Shown here: positions 28,561-37,996 of the stretch, one piece after another | How positions within the stretch are numbered: position 1 is the stretch's first letter | How the letters are laid out: each line of letters begins with the position of its first letter | Assembly: GCA_019308925.1 (NCBI GenBank) | Contig: JAFDHG010000003.1 | Coordinates: 3,367 to 67,366, forward strand | DNA: 64,000 bases | Direction of reading: 5' to 3' | Source of the DNA: Deltaproteobacteria bacterium | GTDB taxonomy: Bacteria > Desulfobacterota > B13-G15 > RBG-16-54-18 | Translations under genes and position numbers: made by a program | The notes under the pieces: model-generated | Seen by the model: only the letters and a program-made list of their open reading frames with translations | Database searches by the model: none | Told to the model about the DNA's origin: nothing

Positions 28561-29721
28561 TTACTCCTCTTTACACCGACGTACTGGAGGTGGTGTGTTT
28601 CTGCTGACCCAGGCATTGACCTCTCCGTCCACGAGGACGGCGGCTATACCAGGGATATCACCCGCCTCAATAGCCTCCAGGGCATCCGCTCCCACAGATC
28701 CCATGGGTGTATCCATTACAACGAGGTCTGCCTCATATCCTTCTTTGATCTGTCCGCGATTGAGCTTGTACACCCGGGCAGTATTACCGGTAGCCATGGC
28801 AATGGCCTCCTCGGCCTTGACACTTCCTACAGAAGCGATGAGGTTCAATACGCGCAGGATCCCCAGGGGGATTACCCCCGTACCTGATGGGGCGTCGTTC
28901 CCGATGAGGATCCTTTCAAAGACCCCTTGCTCCCGGGCGATCCTGACGATCTCCAGTGCAACCTTGGGGTTACCGCATTCGACGATCTCAAAGGCGTAGT
29001 TGGTCTCCTTGATGATCCTCTCCGCCTCGGCCAGGGGGACAGCGGTAGGCCCTCCATTGAGGTGGGCCACTACATCCGGACCGGTTGCCATCACCTGATC
29101 GGCTGTCACGGTGGTGCTGCCGGGGATGGAGGTTCCACCCGTGTGCATCATCACCACCATTCCATATTTCTTGGCCAAGCGAACCATAGGAGCGGCATCT
29201 TCCGGTCTTTTCACGGCCCCTAAGCCGATCTCCCCCACATGCGTTACCCCCTCTCGGGCCATCTCCGCAAAGTCCTCCTCACCCAGGCCCGGTTCCAGGA
29301 TGAGGCCACCACCCAACACCTTCACCCCCCCTGGCCGGAAGTTGGCGAAGGCCTTGGCCGCCAGGATGGCCAGGGCCTTGGTCCCTGCAGCATCTCGGGG
29401 TCTGCCAGGGGTGTGGACCTCTCCAGCGGAGATCATCGTGGTGACCCCCCCGTGGAGGGAGCTAGCAATGAAATCGAGCTGTCTCTGCCTGGGGGTGAAG
29501 TCACCGATGACGGGATGGCAGTGTGAGTCGATGAGACCAGGGGCCACCGTCATCCCCCCAACATCGATGACCCTGTCCACATCTGGTGCCTCCAGATCCT
29601 TCCCTTTTCCCAGCCCTTTGATCAGGCCATCCTCGATCAGGATGGCATCGGCCTCCAGGATGGGTTGAGAGAGGTCCCCTGATACCAGTTTGCCTATGTC
29701 TTTGATCAAGAGCTTGCCCAT
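28561..29721 (-). CDS. Amidohydrolase-superfamily enzyme (enamidase-like)
   Basis: 386 aa; metal-binding motifs DSHCHP and MMHTGG; context with the molybdenum hydroxylase and nicotinamidase genes. Confidence 0.65.
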   Translation of the reverse strand: MGKLLIKDIGKLVSGDLSQPILEADAILIEDGLIKGLGKGKDLEAPDVDRVIDVGGMTVAPGLIDSHCHPVIGDFTPRQRQLDFIASSLHGGVTTMISAGEVHTPGRPRDAAGTKALAILAAKAFANFRPGGVKVLGGGLILEPGLGEEDFAEMAREGVTHVGEIGLGAVKRPEDAAPMVRLAKKYGMVVMMHTGGTSIPGSTTVTADQVMATGPDVVAHLNGGPTAVPLAEAERIIKETNYAFEIVECGNPKVALEIVRIAREQGVFERILIGNDAPSGTGVIPLGILRVLNLIASVGSVKAEEAIAMATGNTARVYKLNRGQIKEGYEADLVVMDTPMGSVGADALEAIEAGDIPGIAAVLVDGEVNAWVSRNTPPPVRRCKEE

Positions 29722-29767
29722 TTTGTCCTCCTTTTTGTCGAGCCATGCCTATAATAATCAGAACTAA

Positions 29768-29868
29768 ACCTCGCCTATATAAAATACAGGATTCAAGGGG
29801 TCTAGGATTCAAGGGATCTAGTAAAAATATATTTTAAATCCTGGAATCCTTGACCCCTAAAGCGAGGC
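29768..29868. repeat. Copy B of the dispersed palindromic repeat family
   Basis: cctcgcc...aaaatacaggattcaaggggtctaggattcaagggatctag...ggaatccttgacccct...ggcgagg; terminal inverted repeat cctcgc/gcgagg. Confidence 0.6.
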
Positions 29869-29936
29869 CGAAATATTTTGGGGGCTGAAACATCCTTAAG
29901 CCTTTCAGCATACCGTGATATTTTCAGGGTAACTAT

Positions 29937-30662
29937 CTACAACTTCTTGATCTTATCGATATCGAGTTTATCGAGGATGATCACCCCCGCCCTCTTCATC
30001 TCCACTAGGGCCTTCTTTGAGGTATCTGGGGCCACCCCCCGGCACAACTCCTTGATCACGATCACCTCATAGCCTGCCTTGGCTGCATCAATGGCCGTCG
30101 CTTTCACGCAGTAGTCGGTGGCGATCCCATAGACCACGACCTTCTCGATCCCATTCCGCCTCAGGATGGAGTCCATCTCCGTCTTTTGTCCCCCGTCGTC
30201 CTGAAAGCCGGAGTAGCTGTCGAACCTTTTATCCCTTCCCTTCTGGACGATGGCCAAGAAGAGGTTGTTGTCCACCAAGATCCTGGCGTTTTCTGTCCCC
30301 TGGACGCAGTGCGGGGGCCAGAGGACCTGGGTCCGGTCATCGACCTTGATCACCTCGAAGGGCTTCTTGCCTGGGTGGTTGGTGTAAAAGGAGATATGGT
30401 CCCCTGGATGCCAGTCCTGGGTGGCGAAGGGGATAAAGCCGGCCTTTTTCAACAGCTTGGTGGCATTCCTGACCTTTTCGATAAAGACCTTGTTTGTGCC
30501 CGAGACAGCAAGGGAGCCTTTTTTCCATTCGGTGAAGTCACCCTGGACGTCTACTACGATGGCCCCTATCCTTTTGACAATGGTGGCCTTTTGCCCTGAT
30601 GCGGTCGATGCAACGGTGAAGGCGATCGCTGCCCCCAAGAATAATACCAATACGATCTTCAT
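29937..30662 (-). CDS. pncA: Nicotinamidase/pyrazinamidase (isochorismatase family) with signal peptide
   Basis: VVDVQGDF, DWHPGDHIS metal site, catalytic Cys in PPHCVQGT, and GIATDYCV, all closely parallel M. tuberculosis PncA; N-terminal MKIVLVLFLGAAIAFTVASTASG signal peptide; start set at the second of two RBS+ATG copies. Confidence 0.75.
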   Translation of the reverse strand: MKIVLVLFLGAAIAFTVASTASGQKATIVKRIGAIVVDVQGDFTEWKKGSLAVSGTNKVFIEKVRNATKLLKKAGFIPFATQDWHPGDHISFYTNHPGKKPFEVIKVDDRTQVLWPPHCVQGTENARILVDNNLFLAIVQKGRDKRFDSYSGFQDDGGQKTEMDSILRRNGIEKVVVYGIATDYCVKATAIDAAKAGYEVIVIKELCRGVAPDTSKKALVEMKRAGVIILDKLDIDKIKKL

Positions 30663-30702
30663 TGTCAGACCTCCTCCCTTCATTGTAAGACCTCCTTTTC
30701 TG

Positions 30703-32961
30703 TTAATATCTTTTGTTTGACGATCCCAACTTCCTCCTGGATGCCTCCAGCACCCTCTCCAGGCTGGCCGGCAGGTGATAGATCCTCTCCCCCAGGGCAT
30801 GGGCGATGGCGTTCAGGATGGCCGGGGCGGTGGGGATAAGGGCCGGCTCCCCCACCCCCTTGGCCCCAAAAGGACCGGTGGGTTCTGGATCCTCCACAAT
30901 GATGGGGATGACCTCTGGTATGTCTTTTATCGAAGGGATCAAATAGTCCCGCATGGAACGGGTCTGCCCAGGGACGAACTCCTCCATCAGGGCGAAACCG
31001 ATCCCCATGGCCACACCGCTGGCAATCTGCCCTACCACATTGGAAGGGTTTACGGCCTTCCCCACATCGTGGGCTGCCACCACCCGCAAAACATCCACCT
31101 CGCCAGTAGCAGGGTCCACCTCTACCTCTGCCATCTGGCAGGCGAATGCATAGGTGGCATACGGGATGCCTTGGCCAGTCTCGGCGTCCAGGGTAGTGGT
31201 GGGTGGGTCGAAGAAACCCTCACCCATTAATTTCTTTCCCTCCTGATAGGACCTGGCTGCCACATCCTTCAGGGTGGCAAATATTTCCCCGTCTCTTTGG
31301 GATTTGACCAGCCCGTCCTCCACAGTGAGCTCGTGCGCAGGGACTTTCAGAAATCGGGAGGCCTCCTCCAGGACCAACCCTTTTAACTTGTCTGTCGCCT
31401 CGTACACCGCATTGCCGGAGATATAGGTCTGGCGGCTGGCCGAGGTGGCCCCGGCATCAAGGGTAAGGGCTGTATCCCCCCTAACGAGCCTGATATCCTG
31501 TGTATCTATCCCCATTTCGGAGGCGGCGATCTGGCTGAGCACTGTATCGGAACCCTGGCCGATCTCCGCTGCCCCTGTAAAAAGGGTGAACCTCCCCTGA
31601 TGATCGAGTTCGGCCCGGGCCGAGGCGGGGTTCTTCAACCCTGTATTGCCGATCCCATACCACATGGCCCCGATTCCCTTTCCATAGAGCCTTCCCGGGT
31701 TGGACTTTATCTCCCCCCTATGCTCTTTTACCTGCTGCAGGCACTCCTTGATCCCCACGCTCTCCTTTAGTGTCTGGCCGGTAGCAGTCTCCGAGCCCCG
31801 GTCGAAGGCGTTTAAGAGACGGATCTCAAAGGGGTCCATCCCCAGCTCCTCAGCCAGGATATCCATCTGGGATTCATGGGCGAAGGCCACCTGGGGAACG
31901 CCGAAGCCGCGCATGGCCCCACTGAAGGGATGATTGGTGTAGGCCATTTTACTCTTCACCCTTACATGGGGCACCTGATAAGGACCGGTGGCGTGCACCG
32001 CCGCCCTGCTGGCCACCGCTACCCCATAGGAGGCATAGGCCCCTGTATCCCCCAGGATATCGGCCTCCACGGCCACAAGCCTTCCATCCCGGCGGGCGCC
32101 GGTCTTGTATCTCATGATCAGGGGGTGACGCTTGGCCGTGGCCAGATAGGCCTCCTCTCTTGTGTAGACCAACCGAACCGGACGCCGCAGATGATAGATG
32201 GCCAAGGCGAGGAAACACTGAACGCTGATATCAAGTTTGCTCCCGAACCCCCCTCCAGTGGTCGCCTGGATCACCCTTGCCTGCGATGGTTCTACCCCCA
32301 GGACGGCCACGATCTCCATGTGGTCATAGTGGGGGTTCTGGGTTGATGGGTAGACAGTGATCCTCCCCTCTTCGTCCACCCAGGCCACCCCAGCATCAGG
32401 TTCCAGATAGGTGTGCTCCAGCATAGAGGTTAGATAGGTCCTCTCTATCACCAAGTCGGACTCGGCGAACCCCTGCTCTACATTACCCTTGATGGTGTCA
32501 CGCTGATAGAGGAGGTTCCCTTTTTCGTGGATCAGAGTGGGGGAGCGCAGGGCCTCTTCAGGGTCGAAGATGGGAGGGAGATCTTCATATTCCACTCTAA
32601 TCTCCTCCAAGGTCTGTTCGGCCTCCCTTTCAGTGTGGGCTACTACGAGGGCGATCGGATCTCCTATGAATCTGACTCTGTCTTCGGCCAGCACGTGTTG
32701 ATCCTTGGTTATGGCTATAATTCCGATTTGATTTTTCCCAGGAATGTCTCTATGGGTAAAGATCCTCACCACACCAGGCATCGCTTCAGCCTTCTCGGTG
32801 TGAATCTTTTTTATGCGTGCATGAGGACGATCGCTGCGCAGGACCTTCATGTGAAGGAGTCCCTCCATCTTGAGGTCGGCGGCGAAGAGGGCCTTGCCCA
32901 AGACCTTCTCCATGGTATCCACCCTTGGTATGCTCTCTCCTACCTTGCCCTTAAGCATCAT
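30703..32961 (-). CDS. Molybdenum hydroxylase (xanthine dehydrogenase family) molybdopterin-binding large subunit
   Basis: 752 aa; aldehyde oxidase/xanthine dehydrogenase a/b hammerhead and molybdopterin-binding domains. Confidence 0.85.
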   Translation of the reverse strand: MMLKGKVGESIPRVDTMEKVLGKALFAADLKMEGLLHMKVLRSDRPHARIKKIHTEKAEAMPGVVRIFTHRDIPGKNQIGIIAITKDQHVLAEDRVRFIGDPIALVVAHTEREAEQTLEEIRVEYEDLPPIFDPEEALRSPTLIHEKGNLLYQRDTIKGNVEQGFAESDLVIERTYLTSMLEHTYLEPDAGVAWVDEEGRITVYPSTQNPHYDHMEIVAVLGVEPSQARVIQATTGGGFGSKLDISVQCFLALAIYHLRRPVRLVYTREEAYLATAKRHPLIMRYKTGARRDGRLVAVEADILGDTGAYASYGVAVASRAAVHATGPYQVPHVRVKSKMAYTNHPFSGAMRGFGVPQVAFAHESQMDILAEELGMDPFEIRLLNAFDRGSETATGQTLKESVGIKECLQQVKEHRGEIKSNPGRLYGKGIGAMWYGIGNTGLKNPASARAELDHQGRFTLFTGAAEIGQGSDTVLSQIAASEMGIDTQDIRLVRGDTALTLDAGATSASRQTYISGNAVYEATDKLKGLVLEEASRFLKVPAHELTVEDGLVKSQRDGEIFATLKDVAARSYQEGKKLMGEGFFDPPTTTLDAETGQGIPYATYAFACQMAEVEVDPATGEVDVLRVVAAHDVGKAVNPSNVVGQIASGVAMGIGFALMEEFVPGQTRSMRDYLIPSIKDIPEVIPIIVEDPEPTGPFGAKGVGEPALIPTAPAILNAIAHALGERIYHLPASLERVLEASRRKLGSSNKRY

Positions 32962-33838
32962 GACTTAGATTGAAGACATCCAATAAGGCCTTTTTTACCA
33001 GCCCCTGGACGGCAGGCCTTTTATATTCCGTTGAGGGCCTCACCCCGCTCCTTTTCACCATCTCCTGGGCCACCCTCTGGGCCGCCTCCTCGATCAGGGC
33101 GACGGAGGGTACCTCCTCCCTAAACAAGGCTTCCACCTCCCCCATCCTGCATGGTGTGGGGGTGCAGGAGCCTACTGAGACCCTTACCTCCTTTGCCCTC
33201 CTGCCCTCCACCTTGGCCAGCGCCGCAATATTTATCCTGGCGATGGCCAGGGCCTTTCTCCTGGCCAGCTTGACAAAAGAATGCCTCCATCCATCATCCA
33301 ATTTGGCAAAACTGATCTCCGTCAGGATTTCTTGTGGCTCAATGACCGTTCTATAAGGACCGAGATAGAGATCAGTTATCGGAAGGGTCCTCTCTCCTCC
33401 CTTTCGTTGTAGAGTCACCTTGGCCCCCAGGACCACTAGGGCAGGGATGGTATCGGCGGCAGGGGAGGCATTGACGATATTCCCTCCGATGGTCCCCATG
33501 TTTCTGATCTGGGGAGAGCCCACGTTTTGGGCGGCCCTTCCCAGGATATCTCCCCCCTCCTTGATCAACCCGGAGGAGGCGAGCTCAGCATGGTTGATGA
33601 GGGGACCTAGACAGATCTGATCCCCCTCCTCCCTGACAAACCTCAGCTCAGGGATGCGAGTGATATCCACCAGGAAATCTGCCCCCAGCTTTCCCTCCCT
33701 GATCTCTGTCATCAGGTCGGTCCCTCCGGCGATCACCCGGGCCCTTTCTCCGTTATCCTTTAGTATCTCTAAGGCCTCCCCCAGAGAGCTTGGACAGATG
33801 TATGCGAACTCAGACCTCACCCTTTTTACCGCTCCCAC
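32951..33838 (-). CDS. Molybdenum hydroxylase FAD-binding medium subunit (CoxM/XdhA-like)
   Basis: 295 aa; FAD_binding_5-type motif GGTDL. Confidence 0.8.
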   Translation of the reverse strand: MGAVKRVRSEFAYICPSSLGEALEILKDNGERARVIAGGTDLMTEIREGKLGADFLVDITRIPELRFVREEGDQICLGPLINHAELASSGLIKEGGDILGRAAQNVGSPQIRNMGTIGGNIVNASPAADTIPALVVLGAKVTLQRKGGERTLPITDLYLGPYRTVIEPQEILTEISFAKLDDGWRHSFVKLARRKALAIARINIAALAKVEGRRAKEVRVSVGSCTPTPCRMGEVEALFREEVPSVALIEEAAQRVAQEMVKRSGVRPSTEYKRPAVQGLVKKALLDVFNLSHDA

Positions 33839-34316
33839 TGGCCTTGATGGCCTTCACGACCTGCAAGTAACCGGTACAACGACAGAGGTTGCCGGAGATG
33901 GCCTCCTCGATCTCCTCCTTGGATGGTTGGGGGTTTTCATCAAGGAGGGCCTTGGCCGCCATGATCATCCCGGGGGTGCAGAAGCCGCACTGAACGGCCC
34001 CATGGTTGAGAAAGGCCTCCTGCAATGGGTGCAGTTTCCCCTCCTGTCCGATCCCCTCAATGGTGATGATCTCCCTTCCATCTATTTTGGGGGCCAAGAC
34101 GAGGCAGGCATATACCGGTCTTCCATTCAGCAGGACCGTACACGCCCCACATTCCCCTATCCCGCACCCCTCCTTGGTCCCTGTGAGGCCGAGTTCGTCC
34201 CTGAGGAGTTCCAACAGGGTGAGGTTAGAAGGGATCTCCAGTTCTTTATCTTGGCCGTTTATTTTTAACCTTACCCTTACCTTCTGGACAGGCATCATCC
34301 CCTCACAAGGAAGCAA
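33810..34316 (-). CDS. Molybdenum hydroxylase [2Fe-2S] small subunit (CoxS-like)
   Basis: [11 protein letters not shown] and CGFCTPG cluster motifs; true start probably an internal Met (MMPVQKV). Confidence 0.85.
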   Translation of the reverse strand: MLPCEGMMPVQKVRVRLKINGQDKELEIPSNLTLLELLRDELGLTGTKEGCGIGECGACTVLLNGRPVYACLVLAPKIDGREIITIEGIGQEGKLHPLQEAFLNHGAVQCGFCTPGMIMAAKALLDENPQPSKEEIEEAISGNLCRCTGYLQVVKAIKASGSGKKGEV

Positions 34317-34319
34317 TCT

Positions 34320-35627
34320 TTACCGTAGCATCATTCCAGGAAGTAAAAGGGCAATCTTAGGAAAGACCGTTATGATTGCGACTATCACGAATATTGATAT
34401 TAAAAAAGGCATTGCACCACGGAAGATCTCTTCCACTGGCGTATCCTTTGCTACCCCAGCAACGGTAAATATATTTAGTCCCATGGGCGGGGTGATCAAT
34501 CCTGCCTCCATCATGAGCACTGCGATTACCCCAAACCAGATGGGGTCAAACCCCAGCGCCAATATCACCGGGAAAATTACCGGCAGCGTCAGCACCATCA
34601 TTGAGATTGCGTCTAAAAAGCAGCCCAGGAAAAGGTATGAAACGACTATGATGGCGAGGATGACATATGGGGATACTTCAAGCCCGGCTACCCAAATTGC
34701 CACCTTCATGGGTATCGTGGACAGAGCTAGAAAATAACTGAAGACATTAGCCCCGGCAACAAGGAAGAGAACCATTACAGAAATCCGGACGGCCTCCTCC
34801 AAAGAGGCGAAGAGATTATGCCAGGTTAGTTTCCTTTTGACAAAAGCAGTCAAGAAAAGGGCAGTAGCCCCCATCGCTCCAGCCTCAGTGGGGGTAAAAA
34901 AGCCCAGATATATGCCACCCATTACCACCAAAAAGATTGCCAACGGTTCCCATATACCTCTGAGTGCTATGAATTTCTCTCTCCAGGTAACCGATTCAGG
35001 ACTGGCTGGGGCTAAACTGGGGTTCATTTTGACCTGGAGCACTACGATAGCTATATAGGCTGCCGCCAGAATGATTCCAGGAAGCATGCCAGCGATCAGG
35101 AGTTTTCCGATAGACTGCTCAGTGAGCATACCATAGACCACAAAGCCGATGCTCGGCGGGATAAGAAAACCCAGGGTACCGCCCGCGGCAATACTCCCTG
35201 TCGCAAGCCTCGGGTGATAGTTAAAGCGCTTCATTTCCGGAAGAGCAACGGTCCCCATAGTGGCTGCCGTCGCCACGGAAGATCCCGAGACAGCAGCAAA
35301 CCCGGCACAGGCACCAATTGTTGCAATCCCCAGCCCCCCGGGCAACTTTCGAAACCACTTGTCAAAGGTTCCATACAAGTCTTGAGTCATCCCGGAGCTA
35401 CCGGCAAACCCTCCCATAACAATAAAAAGTGGGATGACCGTGTATGGGTAATGATAGGCAACTTCATAGACTGTCCGAGCGGTTACTGGTAGCGCTGCCC
35501 CTATGGACGCCAAATAACTAAGTCCCAAGAAACCCACAAGCATCAAAGCAAAGGCTATGGGCATACCAAGGAATAGCAGAAAGAATACTAAAAACGTTCC
35601 GATGATACCTACAATTACTGGATCCAA
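34320..35627 (-). CDS. dctM: TRAP transporter large permease
   Basis: 435-aa polytopic protein with DctM-family architecture. Confidence 0.8.
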   Translation of the reverse strand: MDPVIVGIIGTFLVFFLLFLGMPIAFALMLVGFLGLSYLASIGAALPVTARTVYEVAYHYPYTVIPLFIVMGGFAGSSGMTQDLYGTFDKWFRKLPGGLGIATIGACAGFAAVSGSSVATAATMGTVALPEMKRFNYHPRLATGSIAAGGTLGFLIPPSIGFVVYGMLTEQSIGKLLIAGMLPGIILAAAYIAIVVLQVKMNPSLAPASPESVTWREKFIALRGIWEPLAIFLVVMGGIYLGFFTPTEAGAMGATALFLTAFVKRKLTWHNLFASLEEAVRISVMVLFLVAGANVFSYFLALSTIPMKVAIWVAGLEVSPYVILAIIVVSYLFLGCFLDAISMMVLTLPVIFPVILALGFDPIWFGVIAVLMMEAGLITPPMGLNIFTVAGVAKDTPVEEIFRGAMPFLISIFVIVAIITVFPKIALLLPGMMLR

Positions 35628-35629
35628 GG

Positions 35630-36118
35630 TTATTTCCTTACCAGCTTTCCTACAGAAGTTGAAAGGTCAATCAAGAGTTCCAGGCAGAGGAAGACAGCCG
35701 CTACGGCGACAAGCAACCTGAAGGGTAGCTGGGGGATTCTCAGCATGTCTGAAACGGTTCGTTCCTCGATTCCTACCACCCAACCCTGCCATGCTAGAAT
35801 AGAAATTATGAACAGGCTGAGAAGGGTGGTCATTACATCCAGGATTAGCCCCATCCGTTCGGGGAGTCGAGATACAAGCATCGATACGCGAACATGCCCT
35901 TTCACCTGGTGCGTGTACGCAACGCCCAAGAGGATAAATATTACGAGCATGTAACTGGATAGCTCGACCGCGCCAGGGATAGGCCGGGTCCATAAGACCC
36001 GGCCTATCACATCACCGGCAGTGAGCAACATCATCGGGATGAGCAGACACATGCCCACTGAACATAGGTAAAGGTTTATGCGTTGTATCCCCTTCTTGAT
36101 CGTGGTCAACCACCCCAT
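35630..36118 (-). CDS. dctQ: TRAP transporter small permease
   Basis: 162 aa, four transmembrane helices, immediately upstream of dctM. Confidence 0.75.
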   Translation of the reverse strand: MGWLTTIKKGIQRINLYLCSVGMCLLIPMMLLTAGDVIGRVLWTRPIPGAVELSSYMLVIFILLGVAYTHQVKGHVRVSMLVSRLPERMGLILDVMTTLLSLFIISILAWQGWVVGIEERTVSDMLRIPQLPFRLLVAVAAVFLCLELLIDLSTSVGKLVRK

Positions 36119-36144
36119 TTTTCATTATCCTAGCAAGGTGATTA

Positions 36145-37206
36145 CTACTTCCATTCGGGCGGGCATGCTACGCACTTTACACCCCTCTTTTTGCATTCCT
36201 CGTTGTACATCTTCACTGCCTTTTTTGCCGGAAGGCCCTTCTTCTCCAAATCTGCCGCCCACTTCCTCGTCATATCCTGAAATCTTGCGTACCAGCGATT
36301 CTCCTCTTTTTTAGGTAGGTAATAGAGTTTCACCCCTTTGTTAGCGATCTCCTTCATCATGACCTTGTAGACGTCTACAGTTAATCCCCCGGTGGTGCGG
36401 AAGGGATTTGAGCATACTTCCTCTATGATAGGCTTTAGGTCGTCTGGTGTCCTCTCCCAGCTCTTTTGGTTCATTATTACACCTTCGGTCACACAACCAA
36501 AAGTGGCGATCGTCCCATATTTTGCTACCTCATAGAGTTTGAAGGCGAGGACCAGTGGTGGGCAGGTAACGAGCCCGTCTACGGTACCTGTCTCCATAGC
36601 CAGATAGACATCACCAAGGGGCATGAATACCGGCTCCGCCCCTAGTGCCTTGATATAATTCGTTTGGTGACCCCCCGGGGTCCTTATTCTGAGTCCTTTG
36701 CAATCCTCCAGGGTACGCACAGGCTTCGTAGTCCATAATGAGGCTTTGATGCATCCGTTTAATTCGATCATTTTCACGCCGGGGAATTCTCGCTTCAGGA
36801 TGCGCTTATACATAGCATTGCCAATGTCAACGCCGATGTCTTTGCCATTTACCCAGACAGCCAGCGAGAGCACATCGCTGAGAGGAAAGCGTCCCGGTGT
36901 CCAGGTCGCGGTAAAATAGCCCATATCAGAGAGTCCCTTCGCCACTATATCGTAATGCTCTGCTCCTTTGCCCAGGGCGCCGCCGGCGTACAGGGTGTAG
37001 GTTATGCGGCCATTACTCCTCTTTTTCAGCTCCTCAAGCATCGGTATCCAAACAGTCTTCACCTCTCTGCTAACAGGAGGGTGCCAGGTGCTAAATTTTA
37101 TATGCATTGTCTTCTGTGGCTCTGCCACCGACCTCGTACTAACAGCCAACAATAGACTGGCTGCTAGCACAACCACTAGAGAAACTAAAAATATCTTCTT
37201 TTTCAT
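36145..37206 (-). CDS. dctP: TRAP transporter substrate-binding protein
   Basis: Start set at MKKKIFLV (signal peptide); LAMETGTVDG-type motif. Confidence 0.8.
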   Translation of the reverse strand: MKKKIFLVSLVVVLAASLLLAVSTRSVAEPQKTMHIKFSTWHPPVSREVKTVWIPMLEELKKRSNGRITYTLYAGGALGKGAEHYDIVAKGLSDMGYFTATWTPGRFPLSDVLSLAVWVNGKDIGVDIGNAMYKRILKREFPGVKMIELNGCIKASLWTTKPVRTLEDCKGLRIRTPGGHQTNYIKALGAEPVFMPLGDVYLAMETGTVDGLVTCPPLVLAFKLYEVAKYGTIATFGCVTEGVIMNQKSWERTPDDLKPIIEEVCSNPFRTTGGLTVDVYKVMMKEIANKGVKLYYLPKKEENRWYARFQDMTRKWAADLEKKGLPAKKAVKMYNEECKKRGVKCVACPPEWK

Positions 37207-37339
37207 CTTTTCCCTCCTTTTGGTTGTAGGTTGGTCCTTCAGTGGGGAAAGGCACAAAAATGGACATCACCTCCCTTCATGCCCGACTTCCCCCCTTTGC
37301 CTGTGTCATGCATGAAGCCCATAAACTTATCTCTACTTT

Positions 37340-37888
37340 CTACCATGTAGGAGGACTTACCACCCAGACTACCACCGTCTCCTCATTTGTGGGGTTGATC
37401 CAGCTGTGAGGTATCTGGGAGGAGTAGTAGAAGCTTTCATTTTCCTTTATCTGATAGCGGGTGCCATCGAGGTTTATCTCCAGTACCCCCTTGAGGACTA
37501 TGCCGAACTCCTCTCCCTCATGGTTGTAAAGGCCCAAAGCCCCTCCTCCTGGCTTGATCACCGTGTAGAAGGGCTGCATCCTCTTCCCCTGGGTGCTCTT
37601 GACCAGGAGGTTGATCTTCGCCTTCCACCTCTTTATGGAGATCTCCACCCTCTCCCCTTCTCGCATCACCACGGATTCAGAGTTATTAGGGGGGAGAAAG
37701 AAGTCCACAATGTTTACCCTGAGGACATTGGCTACATGTTTCAATGTGGCTATGGAGGGGGAGACCTTTCCTCTTTCCACCTGGGAGATAAAGGAAGGAG
37801 AGCAATTTACCCTTTGGGCCAATTCCTTTAATGTCAACCCCCTTTCCTTTCTTAAGGCCCGAATTTTTTGTCCTATATCCTCTATCAT
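37340..37888 (-). CDS. XRE-family transcriptional regulator with C-terminal cupin domain
   Basis: HTH_3 motif (LRKERGLTLKELAQRVNCSPSFISQVERG) plus cupin. Confidence 0.8.
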   Translation of the reverse strand: MIEDIGQKIRALRKERGLTLKELAQRVNCSPSFISQVERGKVSPSIATLKHVANVLRVNIVDFFLPPNNSESVVMREGERVEISIKRWKAKINLLVKSTQGKRMQPFYTVIKPGGGALGLYNHEGEEFGIVLKGVLEINLDGTRYQIKENESFYYSSQIPHSWINPTNEETVVVWVVSPPTW

Positions 37889-37996
37889 AATTAAATTAGT
37901 AATGAATTTTTTGTTTTTATAATTAAATAAATATCACCGAAAAGGTTACCTGTCAATGAGAGATTTCCCTATTAGCATGTTTTTTCGAACCGTCCT

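Noticed and set aside
29111-29668. 185-aa + strand ORF
   Set aside because: Antisense to the amidohydrolase gene; Pro/Ser/Ala-rich junk translation.
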